From positions 21,047-85,046 of the forward strand of contig CAWBOA010000014.1 in NCBI GenBank assembly GCA_963790255.1: a stretch of 64,000 nt of DNA, in the 5' to 3' direction. This DNA comes from an uncultured Chloroflexia bacterium. GTDB taxonomy: Bacteria; Chloroflexota; Limnocylindria; QHBO01. Positions 1 through 10,329 of this stretch are shown here, piece after piece (the first letter of the stretch is position 1; every line of letters starts with the position of its first letter). The position numbers and the translations under genes are program-made. The notes under the pieces were generated by a model. It had not been told where the DNA came from. It saw only the letters and a list, made by a program, of their open reading frames with translations, and searched no databases.

Positions 1-1
1 C

Positions 2-604
2 GTGCGAGCGGGCCCCCTGGCCGACGCCGGTGTCACCCCGTATCGGGCGGTGCGACGCATCGAACCGTGGCTGGCGGCGGGTGCCCGGGTCCTTCTCATC
101 GGCTGCGGGGCGCTCGGCGGGTTCGCCCTCCAGTACCTGCGCCTCGTGCCCGGGGTTGGTGCGGATCTGCGCATCGTGGTGCGCGAGCTCGACGCCCGGC
201 GCCTCGAGCGGGCCAAGGCGCTCGGTGCGGACGATGGCCTGCTGGATGGACCTCCGGCGATGGCGCTCGAGTCGCTCGGCGGTCCGGCCGACGTCGTCAT
301 CGACCTCGTCGGGTCTGACGAATCTCTCGCGCATGCAGCCGAGGTGGTCGCCCCCGGCGGCGCGATCGCGCTCGTCGGCGAGGCGGGCGGGGCACTGCCG
401 TTCGGCTTCGCGCGGCCTGCCGTCGAGGCGTGGCTGACGACGGTGGCGTGGGGCTCGCGCGGTGACCTGGCTGCCGTGGTCGAGCTGGCGCGGTGGGGCC
501 GGCTCACATGGGAGGTGGAGCCTGTCCCGCTCCAGGATGCGGCGGCCGCCCATGCCCGCCTTCGCGGGAGGGACGTCGAAGGACGGCTCGTCCTCGTCCC
601 GTAG
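2..604 (+). CDS. Zinc-dependent alcohol dehydrogenase (MDR family), 5'-truncated by window edge
   Basis: PLADAGVTPYRAV, Rossmann GCGALG, DVVIDLVG, C-terminal GRLVLVP. Confidence 0.85.
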   Translation: MRAGPLADAGVTPYRAVRRIEPWLAAGARVLLIGCGALGGFALQYLRLVPGVGADLRIVVRELDARRLERAKALGADDGLLDGPPAMALESLGGPADVVIDLVGSDESLAHAAEVVAPGGAIALVGEAGGALPFGFARPAVEAWLTTVAWGSRGDLAAVVELARWGRLTWEVEPVPLQDAAAAHARLRGRDVEGRLVLVP

Positions 605-610
605 CCGCCG

Positions 611-1360
611 CTACTCGCCGAAGAGACGGCCCAGGATGCCCTTCGACTCGCGTCGGCGGACGAAGACCGGTGCGGCGGTAGCGTCGTAGATCTCGCGCAG
701 CGCCGGCGCCCGCAGGTCGGTGACCGCGAGCATCCGCCGCGATCCAAGGTGCTCGGTCGCGACAGCGTGGAGCCGGTTGCGCACCGCGTCGAAGTCGCCG
801 AGCACCGCGTCCGAGCCGAGCTGGATGCCCGCGGTCCACGCCGTGCCGGCACGGAGCAGCCAGGCACGCTCGACCTGCGGAAGCTCCTCGAGGGCGGCGA
901 GCAGCTCGCGTCCGAACGGGTCAGGCACCTGCTCGGGGACCTCCAGGGGCGGCATCCCGCCGAGCGGACGCCGGGCGCGGAGCGCATCTGGCCGATTCGG
1001 GTCGATGCCCGCGACGAGGAAGGGCAGCACGCCGACCGCGATCTCGATCTGGGTGGGCGCTCCCGGGTCGATCACGATCCGTTCCTGCACCGCGTCGGCG
1101 CGCTCGAAGAGGTCGTGCGCTCGGACGCGGACGTGGTCGCTCCCCGGTGGCCCAAAGTCGCGCAGGACGTCAGGGGTGGTGAAGGCGGCGATGAATCGCT
1201 CGCCGGCCTCGTCGGTCCCGTGCCGGTAGGCGTCGGCCGACAGTCGGTCCGCGTCCGGCATCTCGCCGGAGGACGACCGGATCGGCACGAGCAGGTCGAG
1301 TTCGAGGAGCGCGTCGAGCCGCGGAGCTGACTCGCCCTCGCCCGGAGGCTGATCGGTCAA
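611..1360 (-). CDS. SseB-family protein (SseB N and C domains)
   Basis: LLVP...FIAAFTT...IVIDPG N-domain pattern; LEELPQVERAWL C-domain; start overlaps gltX stop. Confidence 0.6.
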   Translation of the reverse strand: MTDQPPGEGESAPRLDALLELDLLVPIRSSSGEMPDADRLSADAYRHGTDEAGERFIAAFTTPDVLRDFGPPGSDHVRVRAHDLFERADAVQERIVIDPGAPTQIEIAVGVLPFLVAGIDPNRPDALRARRPLGGMPPLEVPEQVPDPFGRELLAALEELPQVERAWLLRAGTAWTAGIQLGSDAVLGDFDAVRNRLHAVATEHLGSRRMLAVTDLRAPALREIYDATAAPVFVRRRESKGILGRLFGE

Positions 1361-2838
1361 ACGGCGACCTCCGTGAGCTTGCCGAGCGCGGAGTCGATCC
1401 GCGCCACCGATCGCTCGAGGCCGAGCAGCTCGAGCGAGGCGAAGAGCGGCGGCGAGACGGTCCTCCCAGTGATGGCCACGCGGAGTGGAGCGAAGAAGTC
1501 GCCGGCCTTCATGCCGGCGTCGTCGGCGGCCGCGCGGCAGCGCTGCTCCAGCAGCTCGGCGGCGAAATCGGGCTCGGCGATCTCTGACAACGTGCGGCGT
1601 GCCGCGGAGAGCGCGGCTCGAGCTTCATCGGGACCTCCCTTGCGCGGATGCAGCTGATCGGGCGCGTACCAGGACGAGACCACCTCGTCAGGCTCCCACA
1701 GGAAGCCGATCAGATCGGCCACATCGCTGAGCCTGACCATGCGCTCCCTGACAATGGGGATGATCGCCAGGAGGTCGGCATCGGCAACGGCCTCAGGCAC
1801 CCACGGCCGCAGCCGCAGCGCGAGCTGGTCGTCGGCCAGCGCGCGGATGTACACGCCGTTGAGGTGGTCGAGCCGGTCCTTGTCGAAGATCGCCCCGCCC
1901 TTGTGGACCCGATCGATCTCGAAGCGCGCGGCGAGCTCGTCGAGGGTGAAGATCTCCTCCTCCGTCCCCGGCGACCAGCCCAGGAAGGCGAGGAAGTTGA
2001 CGAGCGCCTCGGGCAGATACCCCTGCTCCCGGTAGGCGGTGATCGCCACCTGGCTCTTGCGCTTGCTCATCTTCGATCGGTCGGGGTTGAGGATGAGCGG
2101 GATGTGGCCGAAGCGCGGCTCCTGATAACCGAGCGCCCGGATGAGGGCGATGTGCTTCGGCGTGTTCGAGAGGTGGTCCTCGCCCCGGATGACGTGGGTG
2201 ATCTCCATCGCCTCGTCGTCGATGACGACCACGAAGTGGTAGAGCGGGATCCCGTCGTTGCGAACGATGACGAAGTCGCCGAGCAGCGCGTTGTCGAACT
2301 CGACCTCGCCGCGCACCAGGTCGTCGAACCGAACCGTCTCCGGAGTGACCTTGAAGCGAATCGCCGATGCGCCACGCTCGGCCTCGAACGCGGCGCGCTC
2401 CGCATCGGTCAGGTTCAGGCAGCGCCCGTTGTAGCGTGGCGGCTCGCGCTTCCCCTCCTGCTCCCTCCGAACGGCCTCCAGCTCCTCTGGCGTGCACCAG
2501 CAGCGGTACGCGTCCCCCGAGGCGAGCAGCCGATCCGCCTCCAGCGCGTAGAGGTCCATGCGATCGCGCTGCCGGTACGGCCCAAACGACCCGAGGTCCT
2601 CTCCGCCGGCGACTTGTGGCCCCTCGTCCCAGCGGATGCCGAGCCAGTGCAGGTTGTCGATGATGTCGCTCTCGTACTCGAGGGTCGAGCGGGCGGTATC
2701 GGTGTCCTCGATGCGTAGCACGTACGTCCCGCCGGCGTGACGCGCGGCGAGGTAGTTGTAGAGGCTCGTGCGCGCGGTCCCGATGTGGAGCGGGCCCGTC
2801 GGGCTGGGGGCCATGCGCACGCGCATCGGTCGATCCAT
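1357..2838 (-). CDS. gltX: Glutamate--tRNA ligase
   Basis: RMAPSPTGPLHIG (HIGH-like), LRIEDTD, HVIRGEDH, KMSKR. Confidence 0.98.
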   Translation of the reverse strand: MDRPMRVRMAPSPTGPLHIGTARTSLYNYLAARHAGGTYVLRIEDTDTARSTLEYESDIIDNLHWLGIRWDEGPQVAGGEDLGSFGPYRQRDRMDLYALEADRLLASGDAYRCWCTPEELEAVRREQEGKREPPRYNGRCLNLTDAERAAFEAERGASAIRFKVTPETVRFDDLVRGEVEFDNALLGDFVIVRNDGIPLYHFVVVIDDEAMEITHVIRGEDHLSNTPKHIALIRALGYQEPRFGHIPLILNPDRSKMSKRKSQVAITAYREQGYLPEALVNFLAFLGWSPGTEEEIFTLDELAARFEIDRVHKGGAIFDKDRLDHLNGVYIRALADDQLALRLRPWVPEAVADADLLAIIPIVRERMVRLSDVADLIGFLWEPDEVVSSWYAPDQLHPRKGGPDEARAALSAARRTLSEIAEPDFAAELLEQRCRAAADDAGMKAGDFFAPLRVAITGRTVSPPLFASLELLGLERSVARIDSALGKLTEVAV

Positions 2839-2940
2839 GGCCCGATGCTAGCAGCCCTTGCCCATCGAATCGGCAGCCGTGGCGGGTAGGCGACGGCCGA
2901 GGCGGAGCATATGATCGGGCTCCCTACGGAGGAGGCGACC

Positions 2941-3291
2941 ATGGCGAACTCGGATGAGGTGGACTACGGACCGCACGAGGAGGACACCTTCAACGTCTGG
3001 ATCGAGATGGGAGCGATTCGCAACAACGAGCAGCGCTTCCTCGATCACAGCCCGTCGCGAACGTACATCCTCAAGGCAAAGAGCAGCACGCCCGAGGCTG
3101 AGCAGCTCATCCACGAGCCGCTCGACGCCTTGCTCGCGGCGGAGATCCCGGGCGTCACGCAGGACTCGCGCATCACCAGCACGGTCGTGCATCACGAGCG
3201 TGGGCTCCGCTTTCGCATCATCCGCGCGAAGGCAACCGTCGAGCAGTCGAGCGGCGACGTCCACATCGAGTACGACAAGGAGACCTGGTGA
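2941..3291 (+). CDS. Hypothetical protein (~116 aa)
   Basis: GGAGG upstream of ATG 2941; GC3-rich codons; no family recognised. Confidence 0.7.
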   Translation: MANSDEVDYGPHEEDTFNVWIEMGAIRNNEQRFLDHSPSRTYILKAKSSTPEAEQLIHEPLDALLAAEIPGVTQDSRITSTVVHHERGLRFRIIRAKATVEQSSGDVHIEYDKETW

Positions 3292-3318
3292 CGGCCCGGG
3301 CGCCGAGATGGCGAGGGC

Positions 3319-6300
3319 ATGACCGCCGTCTGCTCGACCTGCGGGGCTGAAAACCCGCCCGCGGCGCGATTCTGCGGCGCCTGCGGCGCGCGGCTCGCGA
3401 TGGCCTGCCCGCACTGCCAGGCGCCCGTCACCGGAACGACTCGCTTCTGCAACGCCTGCGGAGGCACGTTGCCGGCCGCCGATCCGAGCGGAATGTCGAC
3501 CGGCGAAGCCGATCCCGCGCACGGCCAGGTCGCGGAGCGACGCCGGGTATCCGTCCTCTTCGTCGACCTCGAGAATTTCACGAGCCTGGCCGAGTCGCTT
3601 GACCCGGAGGAGGTTCGCAGCGTCCAGGCTCGCTACTTCGAGGCGGCGCGATCGATCGTCGCCAGTCACGGCGGCACGATCGAGAAATTCATCGGCGACG
3701 CCGTCATGGCCGTGTGGGGCGCACCGATCGCCCACGAGGACGACGCCGAGCGCGCGGTGCGGGCCGCGGGAGCGATCGTGGACGCCGTGGGACGCCTCGG
3801 GGGCGCCGCATCGGGCGGGGCCCTCGCCGCGCGTGCCGCCGTCACCACCGGCGAGGCGGCCGTCACGCTGGGAGCGAGCGGGCAGGGCATGGTCGCCGGC
3901 GAGCTCGTCTCGGTCGCTGCTCGCCTCCAGTCGCGCGCGCCGGCGGGCGGAACCCTCGTCGACGGCGCGACGCGCAAGCTGGCCCGCTCCGCCGCCACGT
4001 ACACCGCCACCCGACCGCTCACGCTGAAGGGGCGGCGCGCGAAGCTGACGGCCTATCGGGCCAACCCCATCGTGGGCCCACAAACCGGGGCGGAGCGCGG
4101 CGCCCACAGCGGAGCCTTCATCGGTCGAGAGCGGGACCTGCGCGAGCTGATCGAGCTGTACCGAGGGGTAGTGCGCGACGGGCTTGGGCGCCTCGTGTCC
4201 GTCACTGGCATCGCCGGGATCGGCAAGAGCCGCCTGGCGTGGGAGTTCGGTGAGTGGGTCGAGGCCCTGCCCGAGGTCGTCGCGTGGCACGTCGGTCGCG
4301 CTCCGGCGTATGGCGAAGGGATCACCTTCGCACCCGTCGCGGAGATGGTTCGGCGACGGATCAGGGCCGCCGACGATGCCGGCCCGACGATCGCCCGCCG
4401 CCAGCTCGCCGGCGCGCTCGATGAGCTCGTTCGGGATGACGCCGAGCGGCGCTGGATGGAGCCGCGCGTCGCGGTCCTGCTCGGCTCGGATGATGAGCAC
4501 CCGTTCGACCGGGACGAGCTGTTCGCTGCGTGGCGCCGCTTCTTCGAGCGCGTCGCCGACCGGTCGCCGGTCGTTCTCGTCTTCGAGGACCTCCAGTGGG
4601 CCGACCCCGCGCTCCTCGACTTCGTCGAGCACCTCGCCGCGTGGACGCGGGACCATCCCATCCTCGTGCTGGCGCTCGCCCGCCCGGAGCTGCTCGACCT
4701 CCGTCCGACGTGGGCCGCGGGGCTCGGCCGATTGACGACGCTGCACCTCGAGCGGCTCTCCGATGCCTCGATGCGCAAGCTCCTCCTGGATCGGCTCCCG
4801 GCGCTGGCTGAGACGACGGTCAGCGCGATCCTCGAGCGGGCCGGTGGCGTCCCGCTGTACGCGGTCGAGGTCGCCCGCATCCTGAGCGAGGACGGCGTCG
4901 GTGGCCGTCCTCCGGTTGGCGGAGACCGTCGTGCGAGGTCCAGGGCCGCGCCATGGCGCGCGAGCGCGGGAATCGACGTCCCTGACTCGCTCCATGGGCT
5001 GATCTCCGCGCGGATCGATGCCCTGCCGCTGGCCGAGCGACGGCTGCTCCTCTCGGCGGCCGTCCTGGGACGGCGCTTCCGTCCGGGAGCGCTCGCGGCC
5101 GTGGCGGGCGGTGAGATGGCCTCCGTCCGCGAGCTGGCCGACGAGCTCGTGCGCCGCGAGCTGCTCACCATCGACGAGGAGCTGGTGTCTCCCGGGCACG
5201 GCCAGCTCGTCTTCGTCCAGGACCTCGTTCGCGAGGTGGCGTATCGCACGCTCGCCCGCAGCGAACGGCGCGCGCTGCACCTCGCCGCGGCGCGCTTTCT
5301 CGAGGGGCGCGAGGAGGATGACGTGGCGGAGTCACTCGCCACGCACCTCCTGGAGGCACATCGCATCGCGCCCGAGCATCCTGACGCCATGCGGATCGCG
5401 CGTCGGGCCGTAGCGGCACTGCGACGCGCCGGGCATGACGCACTTCGCCTTCACGTCCCCGATCGGGCACTCGGCCATTTCGCCGAGGCGCTCAGGCTGG
5501 TCGACTCGACGGCTCAACGGGCGCTGGTGCTCGACGAGGCCGCCACGGCAGCCCGCGCTGCTGCCCGCCTCGACGTCGCCGAGGGGCACGTTCGCGAGCT
5601 CGTCGCGCTCCACGAAGCAAGCAACAGCGGAGTAGAAGCGGCGCGTGCACGGGCGCAGCTGGCCAGCGTGCTGCTCATGGAGCAGCGGAACGAGTCGGCG
5701 CTCGTCGAGCTCGAGTCGGCCGTCACCGCGCTCGGCGACCTCGGCGCGGACGCGGCCGGCGTCGAGGTGGCGGCTCAGCTGGCGCGCGCCACGCTGCTCG
5801 TCGGCGACGCGCGCTCCGGGCTGGAGTGGGCGGAGCGAGCGATCAAGGCCGCCGATCGGCTCGGGCTGGACGCCGTGCTGACGGACGTGCTGGTCACGCG
5901 GGGGACGGCGCGGTTCCGGCTCGGCGACGAGGAAGCCGGGATGGCCGACCTGCGACGGGCGATCAGCGAGGCCGAGACCGCCGGCTACCTGACGACGGAG
6001 CTGCGCGCCCGGAACAACCTCGCCTGGCTGGTCGTCGCGGACGACCCGCGCCTCACGCTCGAAACGGCCCGCGAGGGATTCGAGCTCGCCACCTCCATGG
6101 GCGTCGGCGAGATCGCGGGCCAGCTCGCCGAGGTCGCCTGCAGCGTTGCCCTCGACACCGGCGACTGGAGGTGGGCCATGTCGACCATCGGCCACATCGT
6201 GGACGGCCCGATCCCGAACGCCAATCGCATCAACCTGCTGGCCATCGCCGCTACCATCGGCGCCCTCCAGGGCGACCCGGAGCCGGTGCTGGCGTTCGAA

Positions 6301-6936
6301 GCGATCCACCCGCTGCCCTCCGACACGGACAGCCAGGTCGTTGCGGGAGCGACGCACGCCCGCGCCTGGGTGGCATTCGCCGCCGGCGACTTCGACGACG
6401 CCCAGCGCCTGGCCGCGTCAGCGGCGAGCGCGAGCTTTGGTGCCGAGCAGGCGCAGCAGCTCATCCTCGAGGCCCGGGCGGACCTCTGGCGCGGCGACCG
6501 CGACGGAGCCGCATCGGCGCTGACGCGCCTCTCCGGCCTCAACGTGGCTGGCCGCGCGTCGGAGGCGTCCCGGCGGACGCTCGCCGCCGGGCTCGCGGCG
6601 GTCGATGGCGACGAGACCGCCGTGGCGGCCTTCCGTGCGGCTGCCGAGGAATGGCGAGGCCTCGAGCTGCCGATCCACCTTGCGCTGTGCCTGCTGGATG
6701 GGACCCGACTCCTCCCGGCGGATTCTTCGTCGCCGGCCGATGCGATCGCCGTCCTGAACCAGCTCGGGGCAACCGGCCTCTTGCACCTCGTCGACCCTGC
6801 TGGCAACGTCGTCAGCCGGACAGCAGGTCCTCCACGACCGGCGCGATCGCGTCGACCCAGAGCCGATACTGCGCGCCCGACGGGTGAAGGCCGTCGTCGG
6901 CAACGAGCGACGGATCCCCACGCACCCCCTGGCTGA
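3319..6936 (+). CDS. Class III adenylate/guanylate cyclase with double zinc ribbon, STAND/AAA ATPase and TPR-like repeats
   Basis: Four CxxC pairs at N-terminus; LFVDLENFT and EKFIGDAVMA cyclase motifs; Walker A GIAGIGKS; Walker B VFEDLQWAD; helical C-terminus. Confidence 0.93.
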   Translation: MTAVCSTCGAENPPAARFCGACGARLAMACPHCQAPVTGTTRFCNACGGTLPAADPSGMSTGEADPAHGQVAERRRVSVLFVDLENFTSLAESLDPEEVRSVQARYFEAARSIVASHGGTIEKFIGDAVMAVWGAPIAHEDDAERAVRAAGAIVDAVGRLGGAASGGALAARAAVTTGEAAVTLGASGQGMVAGELVSVAARLQSRAPAGGTLVDGATRKLARSAATYTATRPLTLKGRRAKLTAYRANPIVGPQTGAERGAHSGAFIGRERDLRELIELYRGVVRDGLGRLVSVTGIAGIGKSRLAWEFGEWVEALPEVVAWHVGRAPAYGEGITFAPVAEMVRRRIRAADDAGPTIARRQLAGALDELVRDDAERRWMEPRVAVLLGSDDEHPFDRDELFAAWRRFFERVADRSPVVLVFEDLQWADPALLDFVEHLAAWTRDHPILVLALARPELLDLRPTWAAGLGRLTTLHLERLSDASMRKLLLDRLPALAETTVSAILERAGGVPLYAVEVARILSEDGVGGRPPVGGDRRARSRAAPWRASAGIDVPDSLHGLISARIDALPLAERRLLLSAAVLGRRFRPGALAAVAGGEMASVRELADELVRRELLTIDEELVSPGHGQLVFVQDLVREVAYRTLARSERRALHLAAARFLEGREEDDVAESLATHLLEAHRIAPEHPDAMRIARRAVAALRRAGHDALRLHVPDRALGHFAEALRLVDSTAQRALVLDEAATAARAAARLDVAEGHVRELVALHEASNSGVEAARARAQLASVLLMEQRNESALVELESAVTALGDLGADAAGVEVAAQLARATLLVGDARSGLEWAERAIKAADRLGLDAVLTDVLVTRGTARFRLGDEEAGMADLRRAISEAETAGYLTTELRARNNLAWLVVADDPRLTLETAREGFELATSMGVGEIAGQLAEVACSVALDTGDWRWAMSTIGHIVDGPIPNANRINLLAIAATIGALQGDPEPVLAFEAIHPLPSDTDSQVVAGATHARAWVAFAAGDFDDAQRLAASAASASFGAEQAQQLILEARADLWRGDRDGAASALTRLSGLNVAGRASEASRRTLAAGLAAVDGDETAVAAFRAAAEEWRGLELPIHLALCLLDGTRLLPADSSSPADAIAVLNQLGATGLLHLVDPAGNVVSRTAGPPRPARSRRPRADTARPTGEGRRRQRATDPHAPPG

Positions 6937-7508
6937 TCTCGAAGATCTCGGGGACGAATCGGATGCCACGCTGCTCGCACGCCTCGCGCAGGATGAGGTT
7001 GACGCGAACGATGCCGTCGCTCTGCTGGATGGGGTCGCCATAGTCGGATCCACGCGGCGTGGCGGTGTAGTCCGGGGTCGCGACGCACACGATCCGTTCC
7101 GGTGGGAGGCGCGTCAGGAGCTCGCTCGAGGATGATCGTGACGTTGCCCGCGTACTCGGAGTCGGGCACGCCCCGGACGACGTCGTTGACGCCGATCAGC
7201 ACGCTCACGAGCTCCGGTGCAAGCGAGTCCAGCTTGGGAAGCTCCTCGTCGATGAGGTCGGCCGTGGTGTAGCCGTTGACAGCGGGGTTGCCGACGAGGT
7301 CGAGGCGCGAGATGCGGGCGACCAGCTGGTTCGGCCAGCGCTCGGCCTCGGCGACCGAGGTGCCGATCGTGTACGAGTCCCCCAACGCCACGTAGCGCAC
7401 GGGTTCATCCTCCTGCGCGAGCGAGCTCGACGGGCCGCCAATCCGGCCGCAGGCGACCGTGAGGACGGCCAACGCGACCGAGCCGAGAGCCATCACGCGC
7501 CTACGCAT
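6812..7508 (-). CDS. SGNH/GDSL hydrolase lipoprotein, frameshifted near 7124
   Basis: Lipobox TVAC, ALGDSYT and IGVND in one frame; DGLHPS in a second frame. Confidence 0.85.
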
Positions 7509-7609
7509 CGCGCTCGCTACGCTACACGCATGCCACGTGCCGGACGGGTCGCGATCGCCGTCGCGTTGGCGCTCGCCGCGGCTGGATCCGCGGCGCGAGT
7601 CGCTGCCGC

Positions 7610-8701
7610 TCAGCGCAGGCGGAGGGTGACCCTCACGTCGCCCGATCGGTCGCCGCGGGGGTCGACGATGGGGGGTGCCGCGTAGTCGACCAGCTGGCCG
7701 GCCAACGGATCGGTCACCAGCCCGAGCTGCCGCAGGATCGCGATGCTGGCGGCGTCACCCGCGCGCCGGCCGAGGTTGCCGTCTTCGATCTTGGCCGCGA
7801 TCCCCATCGGGCGATCGCCGAATGGTGCCGTGGCGTCGAGCGCGCCGGGTGGAAGGGCCATCGCCAGCACGCCCTCGGCGCCACCCTTACTGACGATTCG
7901 CTTCGGATAGGCCCGCATGAGCGCCGTGTCGATGCGGCGGCGTTCGCCGGCGACGAGCTCGGGGTGCTCCATCATCGCGTCGCGGATACGGGTCAGCGCT
8001 GATCGCAGCGGCGGATCGGCCACCGACGAGGGATCGGCAAGCCGAGCGAAGGCCATCGCCAGGCCGCGCAACGGCATGCCGAAGCAGACGACGCCGCATC
8101 CGTCGACGCCGGTCGCGACCTCCTCGATCGGCACGTCCGAGAGTGCCGACACGGTCTCGAGGGCGAGCCGCTGGACCGGATGGTCGGGGTGCCAGTACGT
8201 CTCGATCGGCCACCCGGAGGCCTTCGCGAACAGCACCATCCCGGCATGCTTGCCCGAGCAGTTGCCGCGCAGCGCGGTCGGCTTCTCGCCGTCGCGCACC
8301 AGGCGCTGTGCCGTCTCGGCGTCGTAGGGCGGATGGACCTGGTTCTGGAGGACGGAGCTCGTCAGGCCCGCGCGGCGCAGGATCTCCTGGACCAGCCGGA
8401 CGTGGCGGTCCTCGCCGCTGTGGCTCGCCGCCATGATGGCGAGCGCGTCGGCGCCGAGCCCGTATTCGTCGAATCGTCCGGAAGCCACGAACGGCGCGAG
8501 CTGGAACGGCTTGGCGCTCGAGCGTGTGAACGCGAACTGCTCGGGAGCGCCGGCCGACGCGATGAGCGAGCCGTCAGAGGCAACGACGGCGACTGAGCCG
8601 CGGTGGCCCGACTCGACGTGGCCACCGCGGGTGACTTCGACAAGGACGGGTGGCGCCGAGGCGCCGCGCCGTGCGGGACGCGCCCGTTCGGCGTCGGCCA
8701 C
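7610..8701 (-). CDS. L-asparaginase II (Rhizobium AnsA-type)
   Basis: RSSAKPFQ, ASHSGE, NCSGKHAG, DGCG, SKGGAEG, KIEDG motifs. Confidence 0.92.
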   Translation of the reverse strand: MADAERARPARRGASAPPVLVEVTRGGHVESGHRGSVAVVASDGSLIASAGAPEQFAFTRSSAKPFQLAPFVASGRFDEYGLGADALAIMAASHSGEDRHVRLVQEILRRAGLTSSVLQNQVHPPYDAETAQRLVRDGEKPTALRGNCSGKHAGMVLFAKASGWPIETYWHPDHPVQRLALETVSALSDVPIEEVATGVDGCGVVCFGMPLRGLAMAFARLADPSSVADPPLRSALTRIRDAMMEHPELVAGERRRIDTALMRAYPKRIVSKGGAEGVLAMALPPGALDATAPFGDRPMGIAAKIEDGNLGRRAGDAASIAILRQLGLVTDPLAGQLVDYAAPPIVDPRGDRSGDVRVTLRLR

Positions 8702-8728
8702 CGCGATGCGCCGGCTCCGGTCCGGGCG

Positions 8729-9373
8729 CTAGCCGCCCTGGCCGGCGGGCTGGCCCTCGCGTTCGGCGCCGGCGGCCGCGCTCTCGCGCTCGCCCTTGCT
8801 GAAGATGCCGCCCGATCCGCCGCTCGCTCCACCGCTGGATCCGCCACTGGCGGCGCCGCCCTGGCGCTGCGCCGGCTGTCCGGGCTGCGGGGCGGGCGCG
8901 GTCGGACGCGCACCGGGCTCGCGGGTCATCGTGACGCCGCCCTCCCAGTGGGCACCCTCCTTCACGACCAGCACCTGGGTCTTGATGCTGCCCTTGACGC
9001 GCCCGGTCGAGCCGATTTCGAAGCGGCCGCCGCAGTCGACGTCGCCCTCGTAATCACCGTTGACGATGACGTTATGGGCCTTGATCGCGCTGCGGACGCG
9101 CGCCTGTGGGCTGATGATGAGCGTCCCCTGGCATTCGATCTCGCCCTGCGCCTCGCCCTCGATCCGCAGGTCCCGGTCGCTGACGTACTTGCCGTTGAAG
9201 CGGGCATGCGGATCGATGACCGACTCGTTGCCGCGGTCGGTGCCGCGTGGGAACTCGCTTGATGACTGTGCCACGTCGACCTCACTCGTCAGGCTATCCG
9301 GATACAGGTTCCCGACCACGTCCTCGCGCGAGAGGCTGTCCGGCTTGGATTCACGCTTCGATCCGAAGACCAT
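8729..9373 (-). CDS. Bactofilin (polymer-forming cytoskeletal protein)
   Basis: SVIDPHARFNG...LRIEGEAQGEI...VIVNG...GRVKGSI...LVVKEGAHWEG beta-helix repeats; strong RBS; low-complexity tail. Confidence 0.9.
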   Translation of the reverse strand: MVFGSKRESKPDSLSREDVVGNLYPDSLTSEVDVAQSSSEFPRGTDRGNESVIDPHARFNGKYVSDRDLRIEGEAQGEIECQGTLIISPQARVRSAIKAHNVIVNGDYEGDVDCGGRFEIGSTGRVKGSIKTQVLVVKEGAHWEGGVTMTREPGARPTAPAPQPGQPAQRQGGAASGGSSGGASGGSGGIFSKGERESAAAGAEREGQPAGQGG

Positions 9374-9521
9374 GCTCTCCTAACCTCCTGTGATACGTCC
9401 GGCGACGGGCCGGCAGCGGGCGGGCACGGTCCGTGGCGCGAATGCTCGTGCTGCGGACCGCATAGCCTACCAGCATGCCGTCACGGGAGGTAGTTCCCGT
9501 CCTTGGCGAGCGCGGATCGGG

Positions 9522-10289
9522 TCAATCGGCTCGATCTCGCGCCTGAGCGATCACCTCGCCCACGTGCGCGGATAGCGCCTCCACCGCCTCTGCCCGCAAC
9601 GGGCCGGCGCCGTCTCCCCGCCGCATCGCCAGGGCCGTCGTCACAACCGCGGGATCAGCGCCCTCACCGATGGCCCACTCAGCCGCCTCCGCCTTCGATG
9701 ACCACCGTCCGGTCGCGACCCAGCGCCATGCCCGACAGTCGTTGAGCACCCGATTCGGCGCGGCGGCGTCGTGCTCGACGTGCCACGCCTGCGCGCCGAC
9801 GAGGGCCGCCAGCACGTCACGGCGGGAGACGTGCCCGAACAGGTCGGCTCCCGGCGGACCGGCCAGGGCCACCGCCGCATGCGCCGTGGACGCGAGGTCG
9901 AGGACGAACCAGAAGGAGGGCTCGTCGGCCCGATCGAAGGTCACGTGATCCTCGATGGCACGGCCGGTGTTGAGGTTCAGCTCGAATTCGGGGCTCGGCC
10001 CGGGGTCCGCGGCAACCTCCCGCCGGTAGACCACCAGCTCGAGCCGCGGAGCGGGGCAGGCCAGCTGATCGTGCCGGAACGCGTCCGCGACCAGGCGCCT
10101 CGTCTCGGCGTCCAGGGCGCGATCGACGACGATCGTGACGTCAAGGTCGCTGCGACCGGGCAGATAGTCGCCGCGCGCGCCGGAGTTGACGACGTAGATC
10201 CCGACGATCCGCTCCCCGAGCAGCTCCACCGCGCGGCGGCGCAGACGTGCCAGGTAGGCGCCGGCCGCGTGATCATCGAGCGCCTGCAC
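9522..10289 (-). CDS. Nucleotidyltransferase with aminoglycoside adenylyltransferase-like C-terminal domain (DUF4111-like)
   Basis: SGARGDY...SDLDV Pol-beta motif; VLNDCRAW...[10 protein letters not shown]-terminal pattern. Confidence 0.75.
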   Translation of the reverse strand: MQALDDHAAGAYLARLRRRAVELLGERIVGIYVVNSGARGDYLPGRSDLDVTIVVDRALDAETRRLVADAFRHDQLACPAPRLELVVYRREVAADPGPSPEFELNLNTGRAIEDHVTFDRADEPSFWFVLDLASTAHAAVALAGPPGADLFGHVSRRDVLAALVGAQAWHVEHDAAAPNRVLNDCRAWRWVATGRWSSKAEAAEWAIGEGADPAVVTTALAMRRGDGAGPLRAEAVEALSAHVGEVIAQARDRAD

Positions 10290-10329
10290 GCCTCCATTGT
10301 GGTCCGCGGCGCGTCTATCATTCGGCCCG

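Noticed and set aside
2848-5280. Long antisense ORFs (e.g. 810 aa here, also 42820-44235, 47763-49358)
   Set aside because: Shadow frames of real genes, expected at high GC; no motifs.
7530-7685. 51-aa ORF with a signal-like start
   Set aside because: Runs antisense into the asparaginase gene and has no RBS.
9522-10289. Aminoglycoside resistance gene
   Set aside because: Only fold-level similarity, an atypical NS in place of GS, and no mobile context.
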